Assembly (NCBI GenBank): GCA_039920285.1
Contig: JBDSDX010000001.1
Location: 510,001 to 542,000 of the forward strand
Origin: Candidatus Saccharimonadota bacterium
Lineage (GTDB): Bacteria > Patescibacteriota > Saccharimonadia > Saccharimonadales > Saccharimonadaceae
DNA length: 32,000 nucleotides
Reading direction: 5' to 3'
The position numbers were made by a program, and so were the translations under genes. The notes below the pieces were generated by a model. The model was given only the letters and a program-made list of their open reading frames with translations. It made no database searches and was not told the origin of the DNA. Numbering within the stretch: position 1 is the first letter of the stretch; the number at the start of each line of letters is the position of its first letter. Below are positions 17,253 through 25,976 of the stretch, piece after piece.

Positions 17253-17666
17253 ATGCCAACAATCAACCAGTTAGTGCGCAAGCCACGAAAGACCGCTCAC
17301 CAGAAGAGTAAATCTCCTGCGTTGGGTCGTATTCACAATGCGCTCAAGACTCGTTACTACGAACAAAACTCTCCACTAAAACGTGGCGTGTGTATCAAAG
17401 TAACGACCAAGACCCCTAAAAAGCCTAACTCTGCTCTCCGTAAGGTTGCCCGTGTTCGTTTGACCAATGGTCAAGAAGTCTGGGCATACATCGGTGGAGA
17501 AGGTCACAACCTCCAAGAGCACGCCGTTGTGCTTGTTCGTGGTGGTCGTGTTCCAGACCTTCCAGGTGTCCGTTACCACATCGTTCGTGGTGCACTCGAC
17601 CTTCAAGGTGTTGCCAACCGTAAGCAAGGCCGTTCTAAATACGGTGCAAAGAAGGATACTAAGTAA
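17253..17666 (+). CDS. rpsL: 30S ribosomal protein S12
   Basis: [14 protein letters not shown]-terminus, GAGGAAG SD 7 nt upstream, [16 protein letters not shown] motif. Confidence 0.97.
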   Translation: MPTINQLVRKPRKTAHQKSKSPALGRIHNALKTRYYEQNSPLKRGVCIKVTTKTPKKPNSALRKVARVRLTNGQEVWAYIGGEGHNLQEHAVVLVRGGRVPDLPGVRYHIVRGALDLQGVANRKQGRSKYGAKKDTK

Positions 17667-18145
17667 TGCCACGAAAAGTTACTGCGAGCCTTCAGCGCCG
17701 CCTCAACCCAGACCGCCGCTACCAAAGCGTTATGGTCCAACGCCTTATCAACAAATCAATGCTTGACGGCAAAAAGCTCCTTGCAGAGCGTGCTGTCTAT
17801 ACTGCACTTGAAACTGCTGCCAAGAAACTTGATAGCGAAAACCCTCTTGAAGTGTTCGAACGAGCACTCAAGAACATTTCACCAAACTTCGAGGTTAAAT
17901 CTCGTCGTGTCGGTGGTGCAAACTACCAAATCCCATTCCCAGTTGCTGGTCACCGCCAGTTGCACTATGCGTTTAGCTGGCTTGTCCAAGCATCGCGTGC
18001 ACGTAAGGGTATTCCATACTCTCAACGTTTGGCTATGGAAATCGTTGACGCGTACAACGAAACAGGAGCTGCCTTCAAGAAAAAAGAAGACACCCACAAA
18101 ATGGCCGAAGCCAACCGTGCTTTTGCCCACTTCGCTCGCGGTTAA
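17666..18145 (+). CDS. rpsG: 30S ribosomal protein S7
   Basis: TAATG overlap with rpsL. VKSRRVGGANYQIP and AEANRAFAHFR signature. Confidence 0.97.
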   Translation: MPRKVTASLQRRLNPDRRYQSVMVQRLINKSMLDGKKLLAERAVYTALETAAKKLDSENPLEVFERALKNISPNFEVKSRRVGGANYQIPFPVAGHRQLHYAFSWLVQASRARKGIPYSQRLAMEIVDAYNETGAAFKKKEDTHKMAEANRAFAHFARG

Positions 18146-18158
18146 TACCATACAGAAC

Positions 18159-18192
18159 AAAAATATTCGTCCTCTCTGGGCGGATATTTTTT
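18159..18192 (+). terminator. rho-independent terminator after rpsG
   Basis: AAAATATTCGTCC-tctct-GGGCGGATATTTT followed by TT (two G-U pairs). Confidence 0.7.
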
Positions 18193-18202
18193 ATGAAAAC
18201 TA

Positions 18203-18232
18203 TTTACAAACCCCATTCCGCTCATGTATAAC
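18203..18232 (+). promoter_or_regulatory. candidate promoter TTTACA-18-TATAAC
   Basis: Shares ATTTACAAACC with the -35 region of the rpsJ promoter at 26486-26496. Confidence 0.4.
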
Positions 18233-18316
18233 AAAGATAAATGGGAGCAAAAACAAACATGACTGACATTTTCGATTTCTGCTTTAACGTTGGCCGAAAG
18301 GTCATCGGGGACTAGT

Positions 18317-19057
18317 ATGTCTGGAGAATGGATTGAACCGAACTTTGCCGGACCAACACCATTTCTCCCCCCTGAAGCAGTGAGACTTCACGATCTTCGT
18401 AAGGACGGACGCAAGCCAACGCCTGTTGATACGCGTACTAAGCTCGTTGATAGGCGAGCACTTATGATTATGGCGAGGGAGAGCGTTGTTCCTGGCTACG
18501 ACTGGCGCGCACCTGAGGTAAAGAAAAAGACCTCCAACCACCATCTTCACTGGCCTCACTTCCAAGATGCCAATAGCTTTCGTAATTCAGGGTCACGTAG
18601 AACAAACATCGCACCGATTGCACACAATTGGATTCACGAGTTGACAGTACCACCAGATGCGGTTGGGGAAGATGTCGAACATGATTATACGGAGGCGCAG
18701 GAGTATGCGATTGAACTAAGAACAATTGCCAACCATCCATTATTCCTGGGTCGTGAAACAGTACGAATTCATAAAGAAGTCTCTGCGGCTTTTCAAAACG
18801 AATACTTCGTTCTCTCTAAACAAGAAGTACGTCAAGATATAAAGCTCGATTTGGCATTTGCGTTCGATAGTTTTGCTGCTGTATTTGAAAGAGCACGTCA
18901 GGCCCCTATAGAATTCCAAGTTATTGATTATGAGGCAAGGCAACTTCGGGGAGTCCATGACATGATGAGTATTGCTCGTGAAATTGGCGCGACAATTCGA
19001 CGCGAGGCAGAATTGGACCAAAAGATTCTCGATGGAGCTGTCGATCTTGCTGCATAA
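18317..19057 (+). CDS. hypothetical protein with HH-x20-N-x5-HxxxH signature (possible His-Me finger / HNH-like nuclease)
   Basis: ATG 18317 with a GGGGA SD is preferred over TTG 18290. NHHLHWP...RRTNIAPIAHNWIHE is encoded at 18536-18640. Helical C-terminal half. Confidence 0.6.
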   Translation: MSGEWIEPNFAGPTPFLPPEAVRLHDLRKDGRKPTPVDTRTKLVDRRALMIMARESVVPGYDWRAPEVKKKTSNHHLHWPHFQDANSFRNSGSRRTNIAPIAHNWIHELTVPPDAVGEDVEHDYTEAQEYAIELRTIANHPLFLGRETVRIHKEVSAAFQNEYFVLSKQEVRQDIKLDLAFAFDSFAAVFERARQAPIEFQVIDYEARQLRGVHDMMSIAREIGATIRREAELDQKILDGAVDLAA

Positions 19058-19059
19058 GG

Positions 19060-19068
19060 TGTTATAAT
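19060..19068 (+). promoter_or_regulatory. extended -10 promoter TGTTATAAT
   Basis: Starts 3 nt after the stop of the 18317-19057 gene and lies 31 nt before ATG 19100. Confidence 0.45.
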
Positions 19069-19099
19069 TCCTAAATACTAATTTTCCCGAGAGACTGTC

Positions 19100-20119
19100 A
19101 TGGAATTCACCAAAGTAGACCGACTGTTCACCCCACTTCGCCCCGAAATAGCTGCTAAAATCCAAGCGATATCTGAAAAGCTGACGGACATCTATGATGA
19201 TGACCAAGCAAAGACTCTTCTTGTTGAACTGAATCATGAACTTACTAAACATAAACTAGTGGGTGATACAGTCCAAGTGAGTTCTGCCGATATGGTGTGG
19301 GGTAGTTATGGACTTGATGGAAACTTTATTCCGGTTCTAGATGTGGCGTTACTAGAGAAGCATATTATAGCGGGGACATTCTTGGGTGTCGGCGAACTCG
19401 ATATTGACGGCCTCCGGACGGTGGTCTACAACCTACAGGTAGAAATCGACGATGAAGCAACGAGTTCTTTTGTCATCAGTGCGCCAATTGAAACATCTCA
19501 TCTGGCAGTTGAGGTTGAGATACCGGCTTCAGTGCAGACAGATAACGAGCTTGCTCAACACTTTCAGGTATTGGCGGAAATTGAAGATCCTGCGTTCAGA
19601 GAACTCATAAAAGCGTTTATGGATGTACTTGATGATAACGACATGCTTAATGCATCAATGTTGAGACATCTCGGTGTTCTCGTAACTGAGATGCTTGCCC
19701 ATAGCGAAGTACAAGACAATGATCGACGCCAAGACGCGATAAGTAATATTCTTGCTGAAATACTGAATGATGACGGAATATATACCATTGTTGGACAGGA
19801 ATTTATGATTGATAGACAGTCTCCCAAAGGAACATTGTTTCTTAAGTCGTTCGAAGCGACAGGTGGTGTAGCAGGTGTTTCGCTTGTCAATGATTATACG
19901 ACCAACGAGCTAAGTATTGATACTTTCAAATCGACCTTTCAACCGGCAGCTATATTCCAGGACGGAAGTAATCGACGCTACACTATTCCATTAAAGTATA
20001 TTACGACGTTTGATATGCTTGAAGGTCCTGATATGTCACCTGATCCCGATGGCTGTCGGGCAAGTATCGGTCGATTCCTTATGCAAAACCCTCAAGTATT
20101 GAAAGCAATGAAATGGTAG
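19100..20119 (+). CDS. hypothetical acidic protein (339 aa)
   Basis: Clean ORF, GAGAGA SD-like sequence upstream. 7-nt overlap (ATGGTAG) with the next ORF. Confidence 0.65.
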   Translation: MEFTKVDRLFTPLRPEIAAKIQAISEKLTDIYDDDQAKTLLVELNHELTKHKLVGDTVQVSSADMVWGSYGLDGNFIPVLDVALLEKHIIAGTFLGVGELDIDGLRTVVYNLQVEIDDEATSSFVISAPIETSHLAVEVEIPASVQTDNELAQHFQVLAEIEDPAFRELIKAFMDVLDDNDMLNASMLRHLGVLVTEMLAHSEVQDNDRRQDAISNILAEILNDDGIYTIVGQEFMIDRQSPKGTLFLKSFEATGGVAGVSLVNDYTTNELSIDTFKSTFQPAAIFQDGSNRRYTIPLKYITTFDMLEGPDMSPDPDGCRASIGRFLMQNPQVLKAMKW

Positions 20120-21195
20120 ACTCTGATTCATTCCCTCCAACTCCTGAAAAAGGTCAACCGGTCGAACTCCAAGCCGCATTCACCTCAGAAAGAGAGTTTG
20201 AAGACTACTTTAAGACAGTTCAGTATCGCATCGCTCAGGTGAGAGGTACGGTTTTTACCGATGAAATCGAAGCTGAAAGAGCACTCGACGAACACGTCGA
20301 TTCGATCAATGATGAAATATTTGATCATCCTGAATGGTTTAAAATCCCTGTAGTTATAACTGGTGAGGGTATATCTGAACCAAACGCTGATTCAAGTATC
20401 TCGAATCTTACTGATGGCCGTAGGGCAATTGTGATAGCCTTTGACCCTGAACAAGGCTACGCTGCAACCCCGAGCTTCGAAACAAAAACAGGATATATAG
20501 AAGGGGTGTACGGCCAAGTCATTAGTCTTTTTGATGACAATGAGATTCCGACAGGTCAGCATGCGGTGAATGTCCGCTATATCGTCCGAGCAAAGTATCC
20601 AGAAACGATAGATATAACATTGGGTGGTCCAAATATCGCTGCTCTTCGAGTTGAGGCGTATCCTGCTTATTTTGCTCACATCGATATGGTTGAAATCGAA
20701 ACTGAAGCACTGAATAAACAGAGACAAGCTGAGGTATTGACGAATGACATGGTCCTGAGGGGTATTACGGGAAGTGTCTTTCAGCATAAACTTACAAAAG
20801 TTGAAGAGTCATTGAATAACGACACTCCATTTCAATTTATGACGTTTGAAAATATCGAAGATTTCCGTTCAGTTGGGACACTTGGCGCTGTGATTGCAAG
20901 AAAAGGTCCAGACTATGCTCGAACAGTGAAGGAAGCAATGCTAAACGCACTTCGCGTTGGACGTCCACTTAAAGTAGATGGAACATGTCTCCTTCCAAGA
21001 ATTGGTGACGATCCTATTTTAGTGACGGCAGAGTTAAAAGGCGAGATATACGACATTATGCTTCCTGAGTCGCCAGAAGATACAATCGCACCAACACTCG
21101 TCTTGAGCTGCCTTATAGAAACAGGAGAAGGCCAGCCGCCAAAAGAGGTATTGTACTTCTTTGATTTCGAGCAGATTCACGCTCTGAAGTTCTAG
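20113..21195 (+). CDS. hypothetical protein (360 aa)
   Basis: Clean ORF translationally coupled to 19100-20119. Stop lies 15 nt before the fusA promoter motif. Confidence 0.65.
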   Translation: MVDSDSFPPTPEKGQPVELQAAFTSEREFEDYFKTVQYRIAQVRGTVFTDEIEAERALDEHVDSINDEIFDHPEWFKIPVVITGEGISEPNADSSISNLTDGRRAIVIAFDPEQGYAATPSFETKTGYIEGVYGQVISLFDDNEIPTGQHAVNVRYIVRAKYPETIDITLGGPNIAALRVEAYPAYFAHIDMVEIETEALNKQRQAEVLTNDMVLRGITGSVFQHKLTKVEESLNNDTPFQFMTFENIEDFRSVGTLGAVIARKGPDYARTVKEAMLNALRVGRPLKVDGTCLLPRIGDDPILVTAELKGEIYDIMLPESPEDTIAPTLVLSCLIETGEGQPPKEVLYFFDFEQIHALKF

Positions 21196-21210
21196 CAAAT
21201 CACCCCACAA

Positions 21211-21221
21211 TCTGTTATAAT
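21211..21221 (+). promoter_or_regulatory. extended -10 promoter TCTGTTATAAT for fusA
   Basis: Exact copy of the motif seen before tig and tRNA-Leu(UAG). 60-nt leader. Confidence 0.55.
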
Positions 21222-21281
21222 CTACTTAAAGCGCTATTTTTTATGGCAAAAAATAATTAGAGAAAGAGAAGACCACTTACT

Positions 21282-23381
21282 ATGGCCCAGAAAACTGTCG
21301 AACTTAAGGACTTCCGCAACGTCGGAATTATTGCCCACATTGACGCCGGTAAAACGACGACTACTGAGGGTATCTTGTACCGTACGGGTATCAACCACAA
21401 AATTGGTGTGGTGAAAGGGACCGGCTCAGACGACGGAACAACCACTGACTGGATGGCTCAAGAAAAAGAACGCGGTATCACGATTACTTCTGCAGCTGTC
21501 ACCGCACAGTGGAAGGGTCATACCATCAACATTATCGACACCCCTGGTCACATTGACTTTACGGTTGAAGTTGAGCGTTCACTTCGTGTACTCGACGGTG
21601 CAGTAACAATCTTTGACGGGAAGATGGGCGTTGAAGCACAATCTGAAACTGTCTGGCGCCAAGCCAACAAGTATGGCGTGCCTCGTATCTGTTTCATCAA
21701 CAAGATCAACCAAATTGGTGGTGACTTCTACAAATCTCTCGACTCTATTCACCTTCGTCTTTCAAAGCATGCACTTCCGATTCACCTTCCAATTGGATTT
21801 GAAAAAGAAATTAATGGACTTGTCGACCTTGTCGATATGAAAGCATACACCTACGAAGACTACAAAGACCACGAACTTGTTGTCGGTGAGATTCCTGCTG
21901 ACATGCTTGAGAAAGCTAAAAATGCTCGTAGCCTTTTGGTTGAAGCAGCCGTTGAAGCTGAAGATGAGCTTTTCGAACGTTTTCTTAACGAAGGCGAAGA
22001 ATCAATTTCTGTTGAAGACTTGAAGCGTGGACTTCGCAAGCGTGTTCTTGCTGGTGATTTCTATCTTGTCACAGGTGGTGATGGACGTGGTGTGATTGTA
22101 GAGAAGGTCCTTGACCTTATTAACGACTACCTCCCATCTCCTCTTGATGTTGGTGCTGTTCAGGCAACGAACCCTAAGACTGGTGAAGTTGTTGAGCGCA
22201 AGCCATCAGATGATGAACCACTTTCTGCACTTGCATTTAAGATTGCTACTGACCCATTTGTGGGACGTTTGATCTTCGTCCGTGTCTATAGCGGTAAACT
22301 TACCGCTGGAAGCTATGTTTTGAACACCACAACTGGTAATAAAGAACGTATCGGCCGTGTCGTTCGTATGCACGCAGACAAGCGTGAAGACATTGAAATG
22401 ATTGGTGCAGGTGACATTGCTGCTGTTGTTGGACTTAAAGATACCTTTACTGGTCACACACTCGCTGATCCAGCTCACCCTGTACTACTTGAATCAATCG
22501 AATTTCCAGATCCTCCAGTTTCGATTGCTGTTGAGCCTAAAACCAAGGCCGATCAAGAAAAAATGGGTGTTGCCTTGCAGCGACTCGCAGAAGAAGACCC
22601 GACATTCCGTATTCACACAGATGATGAAACCGGACAAACGATCATGTCAGGTATGGGTGAACTTCACCTTGAAATTCTTGTCGACCGTATGAAACGTGAA
22701 TTCAACGTTGAAGCAAACGTCGGTGAACCACAAGTAGCCTTCCGTGAAGCCATTCGTGGAACTGTCGAAGCACAAGGTAAGCACGCCAAGCAATCTGGTG
22801 GACGTGGTCAATACGGTGATGTTTGGATTCGTTTCGAGCCGACAGAATCAGGTATTGGTTTCGAATTCGTCGATGCTGTAAAGGGTGGCGTGGTTCCAAA
22901 GGAATACATCAAACCTGTTGAGAAGGGTATTCGTGAAACACTTGAAGGCGGTGTCATCGCCGGCTATCCAATGATTGGTGTCAAAGCCACTCTTTACGAT
23001 GGTAGTTACCACGATGTGGACTCAAGCGAACTTGCCTTTAACCTTGCCGGAGTCATTGCTGTAAAAGAAGGTATTCCAAAGGCGAAACCCGTTATTCTTG
23101 AACCTATCATGAAAGTTGAAGTATCAACTCCTGAAGAGTTTATGGGTGATATCATCGGTGACCTTAACGGTCGCCGTGGACGTATCGACGCAATGGAAGA
23201 TATCCCAGGCGGTGCTAAACTGATCCGTGCCTTTGTCCCTCTTTCGAACCTCTTTGGATACACGAACGATATTCGTTCGATGAGCCAAGGACGTGCAGCA
23301 TCAACAATGGAGGTCGCTCAATATGAGGACGTACCACCAAATGTTCAAGCTGAGATCATTGCCAAGCGAACCAACGGCTAG
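21282..23381 (+). CDS. fusA: elongation factor G
   Basis: 699 aa. G1 AHIDAGKTT, DTPGHIDF, NKIN, and domain IV/V motifs. Confidence 0.97.
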   Translation: MAQKTVELKDFRNVGIIAHIDAGKTTTTEGILYRTGINHKIGVVKGTGSDDGTTTDWMAQEKERGITITSAAVTAQWKGHTINIIDTPGHIDFTVEVERSLRVLDGAVTIFDGKMGVEAQSETVWRQANKYGVPRICFINKINQIGGDFYKSLDSIHLRLSKHALPIHLPIGFEKEINGLVDLVDMKAYTYEDYKDHELVVGEIPADMLEKAKNARSLLVEAAVEAEDELFERFLNEGEESISVEDLKRGLRKRVLAGDFYLVTGGDGRGVIVEKVLDLINDYLPSPLDVGAVQATNPKTGEVVERKPSDDEPLSALAFKIATDPFVGRLIFVRVYSGKLTAGSYVLNTTTGNKERIGRVVRMHADKREDIEMIGAGDIAAVVGLKDTFTGHTLADPAHPVLLESIEFPDPPVSIAVEPKTKADQEKMGVALQRLAEEDPTFRIHTDDETGQTIMSGMGELHLEILVDRMKREFNVEANVGEPQVAFREAIRGTVEAQGKHAKQSGGRGQYGDVWIRFEPTESGIGFEFVDAVKGGVVPKEYIKPVEKGIRETLEGGVIAGYPMIGVKATLYDGSYHDVDSSELAFNLAGVIAVKEGIPKAKPVILEPIMKVEVSTPEEFMGDIIGDLNGRRGRIDAMEDIPGGAKLIRAFVPLSNLFGYTNDIRSMSQGRAASTMEVAQYEDVPPNVQAEIIAKRTNG

Positions 23382-23390
23382 CAACATTCA

Positions 23391-23420
23391 CCGAGGCATC
23401 AGTGCCTCGGTTTTTGTTTA
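23391..23420 (+). terminator. rho-independent terminator after fusA
   Basis: CCGAGGCA-tcag-TGCCTCGG followed by TTTTTGTTT. Confidence 0.8.
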
Positions 23421-23443
23421 AGAGCAATATAATCTGCGTTTTC

Positions 23444-23449
23444 TACAAT
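23444..23449 (+). promoter_or_regulatory. -10 box TACAAT (leaderless geometry)
   Basis: The box ends 6 nt before ATG 23456. Confidence 0.4.
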
Positions 23450-23455
23450 ATAGGT

Positions 23456-24097
23456 ATGAAAGCGATGAGTTATCTGAGGCCACGAGAAAAGTTGCAACAA
23501 AAAGGCGCAACTGTACTTACGAACGCTGAATTACTCCAGGTGATGATAGGGAGCGGCAATGCGCAGGCAAGCGTCAGCCGTATAGCGAAGCGTTCTATGA
23601 AGCAGTTATTGCGATATGGCAATGAGATTACGTATGATCAGTTGCACGAAGTAGCCGGGTTGGGTCCAGCTCGTGCCTGTCAGATACTAGCGGGTTTTGA
23701 GTTAGCAAGTCGCTATCCGGTTCGTCGGCAACAAATCGTGATTGATACGAGAGAAAAGGTACTCGCGTTAGTGGCGGATATCCGTAGTGCAACATTAGAC
23801 AGGTTGGATTACATTACGATTGACGGTGCAAAACGACTGATCGCAAAGAGGTCAGTAGCAATTGTAGAAACAGCACATCCTTCGACCATGCTGCGACAGA
23901 TATTTTCTGACGTCGTTACCGATAAAGCAGTGAATCTTTCGGTTGTGATCGGCTCATCAGATCGAGAACTTGAACCCTCTATGTTTGATTTAAGTCTTGG
24001 TCACGACTTAAAGATAATGGCTCAGTTGTTCAATGTCGGTATTCAGGACTACGTAATCATTAACAATAGTGGTCATAGAACCTTAGAGCTATCATGA
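23456..24097 (+). CDS. RadC-like protein with degenerate JAB/MPN (JAMM) active site
   Basis: N-terminal RadC pattern LTNAELLQVMIGSG and HhH EVAGLGPARACQILAGFEL. In the C-terminal JAB region the canonical HNHPSG is IGSSDR, PRE is LRQ and DH is DY. Confidence 0.7.
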   Translation: MKAMSYLRPREKLQQKGATVLTNAELLQVMIGSGNAQASVSRIAKRSMKQLLRYGNEITYDQLHEVAGLGPARACQILAGFELASRYPVRRQQIVIDTREKVLALVADIRSATLDRLDYITIDGAKRLIAKRSVAIVETAHPSTMLRQIFSDVVTDKAVNLSVVIGSSDRELEPSMFDLSLGHDLKIMAQLFNVGIQDYVIINNSGHRTLELS

Positions 24098-24597
24098 CAG
24101 AGTGTATTGAGGAGCTTGTCTATAGTTGGTACGAACGGTCACAGATTGACTACAGTGACCTATACGCTCGACTGTATATTTCGTATAATGCATGGTTTCG
24201 TAAAGTTACTCGAACGAGCAATGATAGTCAGGCTTTAGAACTGCTCAAGCGGCGCTTCATCATCTGGGATGATTATATACATAACCGGACAATGCGAGAT
24301 CTAACAGAGGTGATATCACGTATTTGCCGCCACACTGAAACAAATGTGAAAGATACAAGCGATTGGAGAGGACTCATCTCATTTTGGTATCAGGTACGCT
24401 GTGATCTATTTCACGGCACTATAAAGCCAGATAACGAAATTATTCGACTCGCGTATGAATCATTGGTTATATTTATGGATGAAATCGTTTCACGCATGCA
24501 TCAGTCATTTCCGTCTGGATACTTTTTCGCCCACGATCTATGGAGTGTCGATATGATGCGTGTTTTACCGAGTGAAACGCTTTACATAGCGACCTAA
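24094..24597 (+). CDS. hypothetical protein with Rx4H motif (HEPN-like, possible RNase)
   Basis: ATGA overlap with the RadC-like gene. [11 protein letters not shown] (R102-H107, nt 24397-24414). Helical. Stop lies 2 nt before the tuf promoter motif. Confidence 0.6.
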   Translation: MTECIEELVYSWYERSQIDYSDLYARLYISYNAWFRKVTRTSNDSQALELLKRRFIIWDDYIHNRTMRDLTEVISRICRHTETNVKDTSDWRGLISFWYQVRCDLFHGTIKPDNEIIRLAYESLVIFMDEIVSRMHQSFPSGYFFAHDLWSVDMMRVLPSETLYIAT

Positions 24598-24599
24598 AA

Positions 24600-24609
24600 T
24601 CTGTATAAT
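24600..24609 (+). promoter_or_regulatory. extended -10 promoter TCTGTATAAT for tuf
   Basis: One-base-shorter variant of the recurrent motif. ~58-nt leader with a GGAGA SD. Confidence 0.5.
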
Positions 24610-24673
24610 CACACCTATACGTCGTGAGGTGGGTTTATCCTCATGCGAAATAATTAATGGAGAAACTAATTCA

Positions 24674-25855
24674 ATGGCAGATTTCGATCGAACCAAACCT
24701 CACGTTAACGTTGGTACAATGGGCCACGTTGACCACGGAAAAACTACTCTAACTGCAGCAATTACAGCTGTTCTCGCGAAGCGACTTCCTAGCGATGTCA
24801 ACAAAAAAGTTGACTACGCAATGATCGACAACGCACCTGAAGAGCGCGCACGTGGTATCACGATCGCTACCTCTCACCAGGAATATGAATCAGAAAACCG
24901 TCACTACGCACACGTCGACATGCCAGGACACGCTGACTATGTTAAAAACATGATCACCGGTGCTGCGCAAATTGATGGAGCAATCCTTGTGGTTGCTGCA
25001 AACGATGGTCCTTTGCCACAAACTCGTGAGCACGTTCTTCTTGCTCACCAAGTCGGTGTGCCTAAGATTCTTGTTTTCCTAAACAAGATGGACCTTGCAG
25101 ATCCTGAACTTGTTGAACTCGTTGAAATGGACATTCGTGAACTGCTCGCTAAGAACGGTTATGACGAAGATGCTCCTATTATCAAGGGCTCAGCAACGAA
25201 GGCACTTGAAGGTGATGAAGCCTCTGAAGACGCTATTATGGAACTGGTTTCTGCGCTTGATACGTACTTCCCAGAACCTACTCGCGACCTCGACAAGCCA
25301 TTCCTTATGCCAGTTGAAGACGTCTTCTCAATTAAGGGACGTGGAACTGTTGCAACAGGACGTATCGAAACTGGTGTTATCAACATCAACGACCCCGTTG
25401 AAATCGTTGGTATCAAAGCGACTCAAACTTCTACCGTTACTGGTATCGAAGCCTTCAAGAAGAACCTCGACCGTGGACAAGCTGGTGACAACGCCGGACT
25501 TCTCCTCCGTGGTATCGAACGCGAAGACATCGAACGTGGTCAGGTTATCGTGAAACCTGGTTCACTAACTCCTCACACTGAATTCGAAGCTGAAGTCTAC
25601 ATCCTCAAGAAAGAGGAAGGTGGTCGTCACACTCCATTCAGCAAGGGTTACAAACCTCAGTTTTACTTCCGTACTACTGATGTAACCGGTGAAGTTGAAC
25701 TGCCAGCTGACAAGGAACTTGTGATCCCTGGCGACACAGTCACTTTCATCGTGAAGTTGCTTGCACCTATCGCTATGGAGCAAGGTTTGAACTTTGCTAT
25801 CCGTGAAGGTGGCAAAACTGTTGGTGCCGGAGTGGTTACCAAAGTTGTTAAATAA
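24674..25855 (+). CDS. tuf: elongation factor Tu
   Basis: [26 protein letters not shown]-terminus at ATG 24674, DMPGH, NKMD, SALKALEG-like, GGRHTPF. Confidence 0.97.
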   Translation: MADFDRTKPHVNVGTMGHVDHGKTTLTAAITAVLAKRLPSDVNKKVDYAMIDNAPEERARGITIATSHQEYESENRHYAHVDMPGHADYVKNMITGAAQIDGAILVVAANDGPLPQTREHVLLAHQVGVPKILVFLNKMDLADPELVELVEMDIRELLAKNGYDEDAPIIKGSATKALEGDEASEDAIMELVSALDTYFPEPTRDLDKPFLMPVEDVFSIKGRGTVATGRIETGVININDPVEIVGIKATQTSTVTGIEAFKKNLDRGQAGDNAGLLLRGIEREDIERGQVIVKPGSLTPHTEFEAEVYILKKEEGGRHTPFSKGYKPQFYFRTTDVTGEVELPADKELVIPGDTVTFIVKLLAPIAMEQGLNFAIREGGKTVGAGVVTKVVK

Positions 25856-25875
25856 TTAGATCTTTCTAATTAATA

Positions 25876-25906
25876 AAATACCCTCGAGTAATCGGGGGTA
25901 TTTCTA
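25876..25906 (+). terminator. rho-independent terminator after tuf
   Basis: AAATACCCTCG-agtaat-CGGGGGTATTT. Confidence 0.7.
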
Positions 25907-25976
25907 TGTCTGGAATGCGAAGACCCCGCCTGATCCCGGAGGATCTCGGCGGAGAACTTCAACAGGTGAGACGGGG

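Noticed and set aside
17763-18266. 167-aa plus-strand ORF overlapping rpsG in another frame
   Set aside because: It lies almost entirely inside rpsG and runs through the rpsG terminator. No independent signals support it.
25920-25955. Hairpin CCGCCTGATCC-CGGA-GGATCTCGGCGG considered as the SRP (4.5S) RNA helix 8
   Set aside because: It lacks the conserved asymmetric and symmetric internal loops (AGCA / GGAA context) of SRP RNA domain IV. The stem is nearly perfect and the flanks do not extend into a longer helix.
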